From: an uncultured archaeon
Lineage (GTDB): Archaea > Asgardarchaeota > Lokiarchaeia > Sigyniarchaeales > SOKP01
Assembly: GCA_964447495.1 (NCBI GenBank)
Contig: CAYUTF010000012.1
Coordinates: 1-40,170, forward strand
DNA length: 40,170 nucleotides
Direction of reading: 5' to 3'
Shown here: positions 28,741 to 38,232 of the stretch, one piece after another
How the letters are laid out: every line of letters begins with the position of its first letter
How positions within the stretch are numbered: position 1 is the first letter of the stretch
Made by a program: the position numbers and the translations under genes
Notes under the pieces: model-generated
Databases searched by the model: none
What the model was told of the DNA's origin: nothing
The model's input: the letters and a program-made list of their open reading frames with translations, nothing else

Positions 28741-29841
28741 CTAGGAAAGTTCTTTAGCTTTATGTAAAAACCATTCATGAGAATACTCGAAGAACATTTT
28801 TAATCCTTCGCAATAGTAGGTTTTTTCTGGATGAGGGTTATCGATGAATATCCGATCTTTAATACAGCCCCCATAACAATATGAAAGCCATTTACAGCTA
28901 AGACAATCTTTAGCTAATTTCCCTTTTAATTTTCCGAAAGTTTTATCTCGTTTTTCTAATAGAGACGCTAAATCCTGATCTAACACATTTCCTACTTTGT
29001 AGGATTCTTTGGCAAAAAAATCGCAGGGATAGACGTCTCCGTTCCATTCAATTAGCAGATAATCAGCGCAATTTTGTTCTAATACGCAAAATCCTTCGGG
29101 ATAGCCTAAAATTTTTGCGATCATCGTATTAAACAATCGAATAGATATTTGATTGGGAGAGTTCTTCCATAAATCAAAGAGTTCGCACAAGAATTTGCCA
29201 TACTGGGAGGTGCTTATAGAAAATGAAGCTTTTTTACCCTGTTCATCAGCTTCTAAAGCAGGGATAAATTGTAAATAAAAAAAACCATTATTGATGAAAA
29301 AGTCAAACACCTCTTTTACTCGATTTACATTTGCTTTACTGATTACGCAAAGGATATTGAATTCAACTTGATGGTTCCTCATCATACGTGCAGCATTCAT
29401 AACTTTTTCCCATACTGATTTACCGCCTATGCTTTTTCGATATTTATCATGTACTGATTTAGGGCCATCCAAACTTAACCCAACTAAGAATCTATATTCA
29501 TGGAGGAACTTACACCACTCTTCATCGATCAATATTCCATTGGTTTGCAACGCATTTCCAACAATTTGCCCAGGCGTTCCATGTTTTTGTTGAAGGGATA
29601 CCACTTTTTTGAAAAAATCTAATCCGGCAAGAGTAGGTTCACCCCCTTGCCAGCCAATGATCGACTCTTTAAACTGGTAACCCATAAATTGAGAAATAAT
29701 GGAGTCCAACACCTTTTCAGTCATTTGAGGTCGTTCTGTCTCAGGGTAAAGTTCTTTAGCCCTAAGATAGAAGCAGTAGGTACATCTTAAATTACAATTA
29801 AACGATACGGGTTTAATTAATAACTGAAAAGGCTTCATCAC
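28741..29841 (-). CDS. Anaerobic sulfatase maturase-like radical SAM/SPASM protein
   Basis: IKP-x-x-x-x-CNLRCTYCFY, WQGGEPTL, LQTNG, SLDGP, GDVYPCDFF, C-x-x-C-x5-C-x-GGC-x-K-x-R...YCEG. Confidence 0.9.
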   Translation of the reverse strand: MMKPFQLLIKPVSFNCNLRCTYCFYLRAKELYPETERPQMTEKVLDSIISQFMGYQFKESIIGWQGGEPTLAGLDFFKKVVSLQQKHGTPGQIVGNALQTNGILIDEEWCKFLHEYRFLVGLSLDGPKSVHDKYRKSIGGKSVWEKVMNAARMMRNHQVEFNILCVISKANVNRVKEVFDFFINNGFFYLQFIPALEADEQGKKASFSISTSQYGKFLCELFDLWKNSPNQISIRLFNTMIAKILGYPEGFCVLEQNCADYLLIEWNGDVYPCDFFAKESYKVGNVLDQDLASLLEKRDKTFGKLKGKLAKDCLSCKWLSYCYGGCIKDRIFIDNPHPEKTYYCEGLKMFFEYSHEWFLHKAKELS

Positions 29842-29926
29842 ATGTGATAAAAACTTTGGTCGAAAATGAATTTAACGAGTGAAATGTTGAGTTGAATACT
29901 TTACCAAAGAGAAATTGGTTTAGATT

Positions 29927-29977
29927 TTAATTTTGGTGACCAGTTCTTCCTGCAGCTATTTGCTCAACTTTTCTTCC
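29927..29977 (-). repeat. Degenerate direct repeat of the last 17 codons of rpl2 (partner 32393-32443)
   Basis: 44/51 nt identical by hand alignment; reads GRKVEQIAAGRTGHQN* versus GRKVGQIAARRTGHQN*. Confidence 0.92.
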
Positions 29978-30090
29978 TGAACAGAGGTAAAAAAAAGGAA
30001 AAATTTTCCCCTAAGATTATTTGCAAAGTTTAAATACATCAAAGGGAAATTTTATTATAAGGGCAAAAATATTTGCATTCAATTAGAAAA

Positions 30091-32391
30091 ATGGTCGTCT
30101 TCCAAGATATTATTTATTTTTTGTATAATGTGTACTCCATTTATGTGCTAGTGATATTTAGCATAGCATTGCTTGGCTCACTTTATCGCCTTTACTTAAA
30201 GATCTCTCTCTATATCAATGAGCGATTAGAGGAATCGCGAAATAGGAAAGGGTATGAATCTGAGATTCCAAAAGAGCTTTTAGCAGGAATCAAGGAAGAG
30301 GAGACAATTCTTTACCGATCTCCACGCATCAAATTACGGAAGCAGATGCACACAGTCCAATTCGAGATTTTTATCGCATGTTTTGGTTTCTTTCTTTTCT
30401 TTTACTTCATTGTTTCGATTTCACTAGACAATTTTCTCATGCCGTCTGTTCTGATCCCTATTGGGCTTGTATTTCCCATATTTCCTATGAGAGGTATGGC
30501 TCGTGAACATAAAAAAGATCTTTTTCTGGTACTGACGGATCGTAGTGTTCATTTCTATAAATTGGTATATAAGGGAAGAAGAAGTGTCACTTCTATTCAT
30601 AATTATGAGAAATTAATTGGTTTCTCTGCGTGTAAAGCTCTATATGATTCTCGTGGTGATTATAGGACAATTCATTTGTATACTGCAGAATCTATCCCAA
30701 AAAAAGTAAAAATCCACAATATACCTGACTTCTCACAATTTCGACCTATATTGGAATCCATCCTGTATTGGTTTGGAAATATTTCGCATAATTCTCCTCC
30801 GCTCCTGTTAGAAATCTCTGCTCAAAAACGAGCCCGTGCAAAGTTAAGTCAAAGAAGGTGTTTAATATCCATTTTTGTCTCGATAGGAGTTGCTTTCTTA
30901 GTTATATACTTCATGCTCATTTCGATGTTAGAGGATTATTTTAAATTGATTGTAAATATCACTACTCTTTCCGTTTTAGTTTCAATTTTAATTATGCTTA
31001 TCATAGAAATAATTGTTTCAAATTATCGCATAATACCACTTGGATCTTCTTTATCAATTGCTGAGAATGAAATTGTAGTTCGAGAAGATTCACAGCAAAA
31101 AATCCTTAAGTATTCCTCCACCTTAGCATTTAGCTTCTCGAATAGTCGCCGAATTTTATCCCCTCCTGTAAAAATAGAACAGAATTATGATATTTTAAAA
31201 GTCTATGATTATCCTAAACAAAGAGAAAAAATGATTCATTTCGGACCAATTGAAAATCTCCCACGAATTTATCTCCAAATCTTTTCAATCTATTTGAATT
31301 GGAAGAACGATAATAAATTATTAATGTCTCGCGACGCCTTACTCAAAGGAAGAATCTCCCTCTCTCCCGAGATGATTGACGCTCGAACCAGCGAATTAAG
31401 AAAGAAAGAACTCCTTGAAGAGTATATTAAAGATAGGATTCAAAATCCGATATCACCCGCTCAACTTGCTGAGCTAGAGAAGGAGAAAAAATATCTTGAG
31501 TCAAATGATATTGTTATAGCAACAACTAAACCTGTATTTCACTCAAAAAAAGCGACAATTGAACTTATCACGGGTATTTCATGTATCCTTTTGTGCATAT
31601 CATTAGCACTCTTTTGGTACTTACCTTTACCAGAATTCCTAATCTATCTGGGCATATTCCCTTTAATGTTCATCGGCATAGGAGCACTTACTGGCGCTTT
31701 TTTCTTCACTATTGGGGGGCTTTCAAAACGATCTTCGAATAAAAGTTTAAAGAAATCACGCTATACCCTCACTTCTGACAAATTACTAGTGACAAATAAG
31801 GATCAAGTAATAACTATAAGAATTGAATCCATTAATTCAGTAGCTCAACAAATGCATCGAGATCGCAATTATTCAATAACCGTATTCTTAAAGAGAGCAG
31901 TGCCAGAACTTCCAGGAATGCTTAAATCCATTGTGGGATTATCATCTATCTCTCTCGAAGATCAGTTTTATAACATATTGCATTATCTGGTGGAGTCTCA
32001 AACTCAAAAACTCCCTGAGAAAGTGCGAATGCAAGAATATTTCCAAAAAGTGCTGATGCCTGATTTCAAGAAGAATGTACTTCCATTTATTGTGTTAGTA
32101 CTTCTCATTGGACTTGCAGTACCTCTCAGATACCTAATTAATGATTGGAGGCTCTATATTATTGTATATCTTGTAATATTTTCCATTTATATTTATATAA
32201 GTCGGCGGTTAAAAAAAAGGAGTAGGTCTCAACCTAGAAATAATGGACAAGAACAGGTTCAAGGAGTACAAAAACCACTACAATTAGGAAGTTTTTTCAC
32301 TCCGAAAGAAGAGCATAGATTTTGTCCGAATTGTGGAAAGGAAAATAATAAAGGAGCAGTTTATTGCTCAAACTGTGGTCAGCTAATTTAA
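30091..32391 (+). CDS. Multi-pass membrane protein with repeated TM-pair/bPH-like modules and C-terminal double zinc ribbon
   Basis: Four hydrophobic hairpins plus an N-terminal TM; LVLTDRSV and YTLTSDKLLV bPH-like strands; FCPNCG-x8-YCSNCG. Confidence 0.7.
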   Translation: MVVFQDIIYFLYNVYSIYVLVIFSIALLGSLYRLYLKISLYINERLEESRNRKGYESEIPKELLAGIKEEETILYRSPRIKLRKQMHTVQFEIFIACFGFFLFFYFIVSISLDNFLMPSVLIPIGLVFPIFPMRGMAREHKKDLFLVLTDRSVHFYKLVYKGRRSVTSIHNYEKLIGFSACKALYDSRGDYRTIHLYTAESIPKKVKIHNIPDFSQFRPILESILYWFGNISHNSPPLLLEISAQKRARAKLSQRRCLISIFVSIGVAFLVIYFMLISMLEDYFKLIVNITTLSVLVSILIMLIIEIIVSNYRIIPLGSSLSIAENEIVVREDSQQKILKYSSTLAFSFSNSRRILSPPVKIEQNYDILKVYDYPKQREKMIHFGPIENLPRIYLQIFSIYLNWKNDNKLLMSRDALLKGRISLSPEMIDARTSELRKKELLEEYIKDRIQNPISPAQLAELEKEKKYLESNDIVIATTKPVFHSKKATIELITGISCILLCISLALFWYLPLPEFLIYLGIFPLMFIGIGALTGAFFFTIGGLSKRSSNKSLKKSRYTLTSDKLLVTNKDQVITIRIESINSVAQQMHRDRNYSITVFLKRAVPELPGMLKSIVGLSSISLEDQFYNILHYLVESQTQKLPEKVRMQEYFQKVLMPDFKKNVLPFIVLVLLIGLAVPLRYLINDWRLYIIVYLVIFSIYIYISRRLKKRSRSQPRNNGQEQVQGVQKPLQLGSFFTPKEEHRFCPNCGKENNKGAVYCSNCGQLI

Positions 32392-32392
32392 A

Positions 32393-33112
32393 CTAATTTT
32401 GGTGGCCAGTTCTTCTCGCAGCTATTTGCCCAACTTTCCTACCGGGAGGAGCATTTCTGCTGGTTGTGGTAGATTTGTGAGGAGACTGCTTGGCGCCGCC
32501 ACCATAAGGATGGGAGCACGCATTCATAGTAACTCCTCGCACTACAGGCCACTTTTTCGCTTTAGATTGTATATAATAGAATTTATTTCCTGCTTTTAAG
32601 AATGGTTTATCAGTTCTCCCTCCACCAGCGACCACACCAACTGTTCCGAGGCATTGTTCATTGATCCATTTTGTTTTCTTAGAGCGGAATAATACTTCAA
32701 CTTTATTTGCTGTTTTATTTCTCACTATAGCGGTTACACCTGACGCACGAGCAAACTTACCTCCATCTTGCGGAGTTGCTTCAATATTATATACTAATGT
32801 ACCTAGTGGTAGCTCTTTCAGGGGTAGTATATTTCCCACTTCTACAGACCCTTGTTTCGCTTGAATAAATTCCTGACCCTCAAAAACACCTTCAGGAGGG
32901 AGCCATAATCCTTTTATTCCATCATGATATCTTATAACTGCAACAGGGGCACCCCGACCTGGTGAGTGAAGGAAATCAACCACTTTAAATCTAAGTTCTG
33001 ATTCGTTTTGTTTAAATGATCGATATTTTACTCTTCCTACATGTCTATGACCTGGAGATCGAGCCCATAAATTGCCGTATCCTTTTCTTCGGGCTAAAAT
33101 TCGTTTTCCCAT
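32393..33112 (-). CDS. rpl2: 50S ribosomal protein L2 (uL2)
   Basis: MGKRILARRKG, H-x-PGRGAP, GGGRTDKPFLKAG, WPVVRGV-x-MN...HPYGGG, PPGRKVGQIAARRTG. Confidence 0.97.
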   Translation of the reverse strand: MGKRILARRKGYGNLWARSPGHRHVGRVKYRSFKQNESELRFKVVDFLHSPGRGAPVAVIRYHDGIKGLWLPPEGVFEGQEFIQAKQGSVEVGNILPLKELPLGTLVYNIEATPQDGGKFARASGVTAIVRNKTANKVEVLFRSKKTKWINEQCLGTVGVVAGGGRTDKPFLKAGNKFYYIQSKAKKWPVVRGVTMNACSHPYGGGAKQSPHKSTTTSRNAPPGRKVGQIAARRTGHQN

Positions 33113-33199
33113 TAATATCACTAGTAAAATCTAATTTGTAATATCTAATTAACGAAAGTTTAAATTTTTTTTTATTTTTTCAAATTTTCTAATGGAAGA

Positions 33200-34558
33200 T
33201 TATAATTTCTTGTTCGCTAAAAGCTGATCTATATCATAATTAAATGCAATAGGTATTTCTCTCTCAATGAATTCATTTGCGATATTTGTGAGCAATAATT
33301 TTTTTATTTCCTTTCGATCAGTTGTTTGCCCTAGAACCCATCCAAGTTTCACATATGCTACTTCAGGTATGAGATTTTTACCGGGAATAACCCCCATATT
33401 TTGTAATTCTCTTCCAGTGGAATAAACATTCATCCCTACAAACCCATGAAGTGTTTGAGTCGTCATTAATACGGTAATATCTTCTTGAATGGCTCTTTCA
33501 ATTGAGGGATAAATATTCGTACCAACATGACCCAACCCTGTACCAGCAATTACAATACCTTTATAGTCTTTATCAATATAATATTCGATTAATTCATTTT
33601 CAATTCCAGGATACTCATAAACTAAAGCGATTTTCTTTTCGAATTTTGTTTTTAGGATGGTTTTTTGCTTAGATCTTTTATTGTATGTTTTCTTAAACAT
33701 TTTAATAATTCTATCTTTAACCATTCCCAGTGGAATGTCATCTATGGTTCGAAATGTACTTCTTAAGGAGGAGTGCATTTTTCTTACTAAGGTTCCTCTA
33801 TGAATTAATCCATAATCATGAGATGATGATCCTAACATCGTCACAACTACTTCAGCAATATCAGAACTAGCAACCACCGCCGCATTTTGTAAATTAAGAG
33901 CAGCGTCAGAGGAAGGGCGATCAGAACTTCTCTGACTACCTGTTAAGACAATAGGCACACTTAGATTACTTAACATGAAAGAAAGAGCGGCAGAGGTAAA
34001 AGACATTGTATCCGTTCCATGTCCAATTATTATACCATCTATACCAGAATCAATTGCTTCCTTTACTTTTATTGCTAATTGTTGCCAATATTCTGGTTTC
34101 ATATTTTCAGATAAAATCTCAAAGACGATCTCACAATCGAGATTACAAATTTCTGCTAACTCAGGAACGGCGCTGAATAATTCTCCCGGAGTAAAGGAAG
34201 GAATTACTGCACCTGTAGTGTAATCCAGGCGAGATGCTACAGTACCCCCCGTTCCCAATAATTTTAGATTTGGTAAATTAGTATTTATAGGAAACTTTTT
34301 TTCTGGAATTTTATATTTTGCTTCCCGCTTTCCTTTCCTAGTAATAGTTTGAATTTCTGAGATATTGATTCCCACATTATAGTTATTTTCTAGTTTTATC
34401 TCAACATAGTTAGGCGAAGCATATTCATTTCGAGGGAGTAGGATTCCTTCTAATTGAGTTCTTTTCGTTTTTATCGCAATAATATCCCATATTTGAATTT
34501 TATTTTGTTCTAAAATTTCTCTTGTTTTTCCTTTATATCCTTCTAATTTGTCTTTCAT
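33200..34558 (-). CDS. gatD: Glu-tRNA(Gln) amidotransferase subunit D
   Basis: KLENNYNVG, GTGGTVASRLDY-x-TGAV, HGTDTM, GSQRSSDRPSSD, GTGLGH. Confidence 0.97.
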   Translation of the reverse strand: MKDKLEGYKGKTREILEQNKIQIWDIIAIKTKRTQLEGILLPRNEYASPNYVEIKLENNYNVGINISEIQTITRKGKREAKYKIPEKKFPINTNLPNLKLLGTGGTVASRLDYTTGAVIPSFTPGELFSAVPELAEICNLDCEIVFEILSENMKPEYWQQLAIKVKEAIDSGIDGIIIGHGTDTMSFTSAALSFMLSNLSVPIVLTGSQRSSDRPSSDAALNLQNAAVVASSDIAEVVVTMLGSSSHDYGLIHRGTLVRKMHSSLRSTFRTIDDIPLGMVKDRIIKMFKKTYNKRSKQKTILKTKFEKKIALVYEYPGIENELIEYYIDKDYKGIVIAGTGLGHVGTNIYPSIERAIQEDITVLMTTQTLHGFVGMNVYSTGRELQNMGVIPGKNLIPEVAYVKLGWVLGQTTDRKEIKKLLLTNIANEFIEREIPIAFNYDIDQLLANKKL

Positions 34559-36478
34559 TTACTTTATCGCCTCTAATTTCTTCTTAATTTGTTCTTTTAA
34601 TTCTTTATTTACTATTGAGCCATCGATATTACCTTTAACTTTTTTCATAACTTCTCCCATTAAAGGTCCTAATGATCGAATTTCTCGTTCTTTGATTAAT
34701 TCCATGTTTTGATTCACAATATTTTCAATTATCTTTTGTAATTCTTCTAAAGAAATGCTTTTAATGTTCAATCTATCTTTGATCTGTGAAATAGAAAGAT
34801 GTGGTTGTTCTGTTTTCATTCGCATTATATCTTCGATGATTTCTTTTCCAATTTGTTTACTTTTTAATTCTTCAAAAAGAGAAATATAATCATTATCAGT
34901 AATTAGTTCTGTCTTCTTTCCTTCTCGCTTCAAGGCTTTTGAGGTCTCTAATAAAGTTGTTAAGATTAAAGAGGGGTTTTCAGGATATATGTCAACAAGA
35001 TGTTTAAATAACTCTAACTTACCGTTGAATATTAATTTCTTAATCAATCTCTCTTCTGTATTAAATTTTTTCGAAAAATTTTTCATAATATTCCAAGGAT
35101 ACTCTGGAAGATCTTTTCTAATGGCTTCAATTTCAGTGATTATATTCATAATCGATGGTGAGTCTGTATCGGGATATAAACGTGCTCCACCGTGTAGATC
35201 TCTAAGAAATTCGGTATTACCACTCTCAAGAGCCTTTCTTGTTTCAGGAGGGACCCCCTCGAATGCATATTGTATCCTAGAAATAATAACTTGAATCGCT
35301 TTTTCTATTTTTTTCTTTGTCCCTAAAACTAAGACAAAACAATCTTCATTTTTATAATTCAATTTTTCATGAATACTCCTAATATCTTCATCGGAGAACT
35401 TATATTTCTTTAAATCTTCATCGGAATGAATTATTCCTTTTAACCCAGAAATTGTTTTTACCTTACTGCTTACCTCAGTCCCAAATCTATAATTCTCCAT
35501 TAATTCTTTTCCAAATATTCCTCTAAATCCATGAAAATTTATTCCATATACAAATTCTCCTGACTTTATACCTTTTTTAATAAAATTTGAATTAGTATTC
35601 TTTAGCAACTCGGTTAAATCGATGGAAATATTTGGGATATCATTTACGGTCAATTTATTTTTTGCTAAGAGATTTTTAATCTCAATTAAACCGAGTTGTC
35701 TTGAAACTTCATGATTGATTAAATTAGGGATCCATCCTAATTTTTGAACACCTTTTATTTCAATTCTTGTCCCTGACTTAATACTGATATTAATATCTTG
35801 TCGGATAGACCCTATCACTTTCTTAACATCTGTCATCCATAAGAGTAAACCAATTCTTTCGGCACATTCTTTACATTCATTAGGACTCGTAATATCTGGT
35901 TTTGTTGTAACCTCAATTAAAGGTATTCCTAATCGATCTAAACGATAATAATTAGTTTTATCCTCGGTTTTAATTTTTCTTGCTGCCTCTTCTTCCAAAC
36001 TGAGGATATCGATCCTTATTTTTTTACCATTTACTAATGGAATATATCCATCAGTGCCTAAAATCATTGTTTTCTGAAAGCCACAGGGAACGCTTCCGTC
36101 TAAATAATTTTTCCTACATACATGCATCTCCTCAATAATGTTTGCATTAAGAAGCAATGCAATTTTCAAAGCAATTTTTCTTGCTTCTGAATTACACGGG
36201 AAAGGAGGGGTTTCATCTAACTCATAAGTACATATCACATCGTTGTAGCCCTCATAAATGATATCCATTCCTTTTCCATATTCAGTAAGCATTGCTTTAT
36301 CATATGTGCCCATCTCTCCCAAAACAGGTCTCATATATCTCTTAACTTCAAAATCTGGTTTTCTTGTCCCTTGAAGTGTAGATGGACATCTACAAAACAA
36401 TTTTGTATCTGTCTCTAGCTGTTGATGTATTTCTAAACCGCATTTAAGACCTAATTTTTCATAATCAAATTGTGTCAT
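34559..36478 (-). CDS. gatE: Glu-tRNA(Gln) amidotransferase subunit E
   Basis: GLKCGLEIHQQL, KLFC-x-CP, LDRLGIPLIE, IRQD-x-N-x-SI, EIKGVQ, HSDE, GVPPETR, ARLYPDTD. Confidence 0.97.
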   Translation of the reverse strand: MTQFDYEKLGLKCGLEIHQQLETDTKLFCRCPSTLQGTRKPDFEVKRYMRPVLGEMGTYDKAMLTEYGKGMDIIYEGYNDVICTYELDETPPFPCNSEARKIALKIALLLNANIIEEMHVCRKNYLDGSVPCGFQKTMILGTDGYIPLVNGKKIRIDILSLEEEAARKIKTEDKTNYYRLDRLGIPLIEVTTKPDITSPNECKECAERIGLLLWMTDVKKVIGSIRQDINISIKSGTRIEIKGVQKLGWIPNLINHEVSRQLGLIEIKNLLAKNKLTVNDIPNISIDLTELLKNTNSNFIKKGIKSGEFVYGINFHGFRGIFGKELMENYRFGTEVSSKVKTISGLKGIIHSDEDLKKYKFSDEDIRSIHEKLNYKNEDCFVLVLGTKKKIEKAIQVIISRIQYAFEGVPPETRKALESGNTEFLRDLHGGARLYPDTDSPSIMNIITEIEAIRKDLPEYPWNIMKNFSKKFNTEERLIKKLIFNGKLELFKHLVDIYPENPSLILTTLLETSKALKREGKKTELITDNDYISLFEELKSKQIGKEIIEDIMRMKTEQPHLSISQIKDRLNIKSISLEELQKIIENIVNQNMELIKEREIRSLGPLMGEVMKKVKGNIDGSIVNKELKEQIKKKLEAIK

Positions 36479-36625
36479 AGTCTCTCTCAGTTTTTTAATT
36501 AATTCATTTACACTATCTAATCAAGTATGTGATTTTATATTTATTTTTAGGATGAAAAAATATAAATGAAATGTTGATAATAAAATCAAATTGGATCAAA
36601 ATGGGAAAGCATAAAGCAACTTTCA

Positions 36626-37717
36626 CTAAATTTTAGCTTTTTTATCCAAATAATATTTACCTTCAATTTTATCTATATGTGAGTATTTTGATAACAGGGA
36701 TAATAAATAATTCAATTCATTAATGTCATTTTCCTCCGATAAACTAATTTTAAAACTAAATAATGATTCATCTTCAATTTCGATCCAATGTATTTTTTGG
36801 AAAAATTTAAGAATATGTAAAATGATATCATCAGATTCTCCATGTTTTTCAATTTCACTTATTATTAGATCGATCCACCTATTTCTAGTTTTGTTATTAT
36901 TAAATTTAATATAAATTCCTTTATCTTCAGCAAGTTTCATCCATAAATAGAAGTCATCATTATCATTGATAACTTCGAAATAATTTAACAGTAAATTAAC
37001 ATTGTAATTAACGAGCTCAATCCTTTGTTTTCGAGCCAGATCCTTTCGAAATATTAAATCAGTTGCTTTTAAATTAAATCGACAATATAGTTCCTTTTCT
37101 GAATATATAACTTTAGTGATTTTTACTCCAATTATCCCCAAAACTGCGGCATTCATTTTACAATTTTCCCAAAATAAATTTCGATAATTACCTATACATT
37201 CGAATATACCTTTGGGGTTTTTAGTATCCCCATCACTAGAAATTTCGAGCCTAATCTCTTTGGCAATTTTATTTTCTAGATAGAAATTTCTTAAAATATT
37301 AAACTTCTCTTGAAATTTGTTATAATCATAAGGTTCAATGCCATCTAAGTAAACTTTTCTAATTGCGAATAAAAAGTTTGCGGCATGTCTGAACGACAAA
37401 TCATTATATCGATGAGTCCTTACAATCTCTTCGTGGAAAGGAATGACCGCTTTAAACGTTAATTTTTCAAAAAAATTCTCAGTTTGTTGATCCACAAATT
37501 TTGCAAAGTCATTTAATGTCTTACCACGGTTAAAGATTTCCATGCTTTTTTCCATGACGTAATTATAAAACGCTGATATACTCTTAAATCTCTTATCTTT
37601 AGGAAAATTTTTTCTATTTACATTTACATATCTTTCAATCCAATCTTTTAATGCTGGAGATATAGATATGGTTTGTTGAGCTGTTTTTTTTTCGGATAAA
37701 TATTTTTTTGAAGTCAA
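36626..37717 (-). CDS. Hypothetical protein with N-terminal RHH-like domain (TTG start)
   Basis: QQTISISPALKDWIERYV...FKSISAFYNYVMEK strand-helix-helix pattern; remainder unassigned, possibly V4R-like. Confidence 0.55.
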   Translation of the reverse strand: MTSKKYLSEKKTAQQTISISPALKDWIERYVNVNRKNFPKDKRFKSISAFYNYVMEKSMEIFNRGKTLNDFAKFVDQQTENFFEKLTFKAVIPFHEEIVRTHRYNDLSFRHAANFLFAIRKVYLDGIEPYDYNKFQEKFNILRNFYLENKIAKEIRLEISSDGDTKNPKGIFECIGNYRNLFWENCKMNAAVLGIIGVKITKVIYSEKELYCRFNLKATDLIFRKDLARKQRIELVNYNVNLLLNYFEVINDNDDFYLWMKLAEDKGIYIKFNNNKTRNRWIDLIISEIEKHGESDDIILHILKFFQKIHWIEIEDESLFSFKISLSEENDINELNYLLSLLSKYSHIDKIEGKYYLDKKAKI

Positions 37718-38232
37718 TTCATTTTCTCTATAAAATTTATTTCAAATAATAAAAATGATAAATTTTCTTTTTTTCTAATATTTACGGACATATCTAATAT
37801 ATCTAAAATTAAATAATCGATAATTATTTTTAAACATAATCGGATTAGTTTAATATATCTTCTCATTTGGAAATACATAGTTTCCAAAATTTTACCATAT
37901 TTTCAAGTTTAGATTATAAAGTAAAAAACCAATTAAATCTACGAAAACGTAATTACTGTATCATCTCATAGTGAATATCTACTCCTAATTAATCGTTTTG
38001 GAGAAATGTATCTCCTATATTTAGGATAAGTCATAAAATTGATTCAAAAAGGAAAAATATCCTTTTTCTATTTAGAATTTTATCTAATATATTAGTTTAA
38101 ATAGTATATGTTTGTTAATTTATATGGAATTTATTATCTATAGATTTTTGTTTCTATGGGAGACTCCTGCCTATAATGTGATTTGGGGCAATAAGGAAGA
38201 ATACTGACAAATCTCCAGGGACTTATACTAAC

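Noticed and set aside
25031-32443. Intact provirus or transposon
   Set aside because: No integrase, transposase, capsid, replication gene or terminal inverted repeat was recognised
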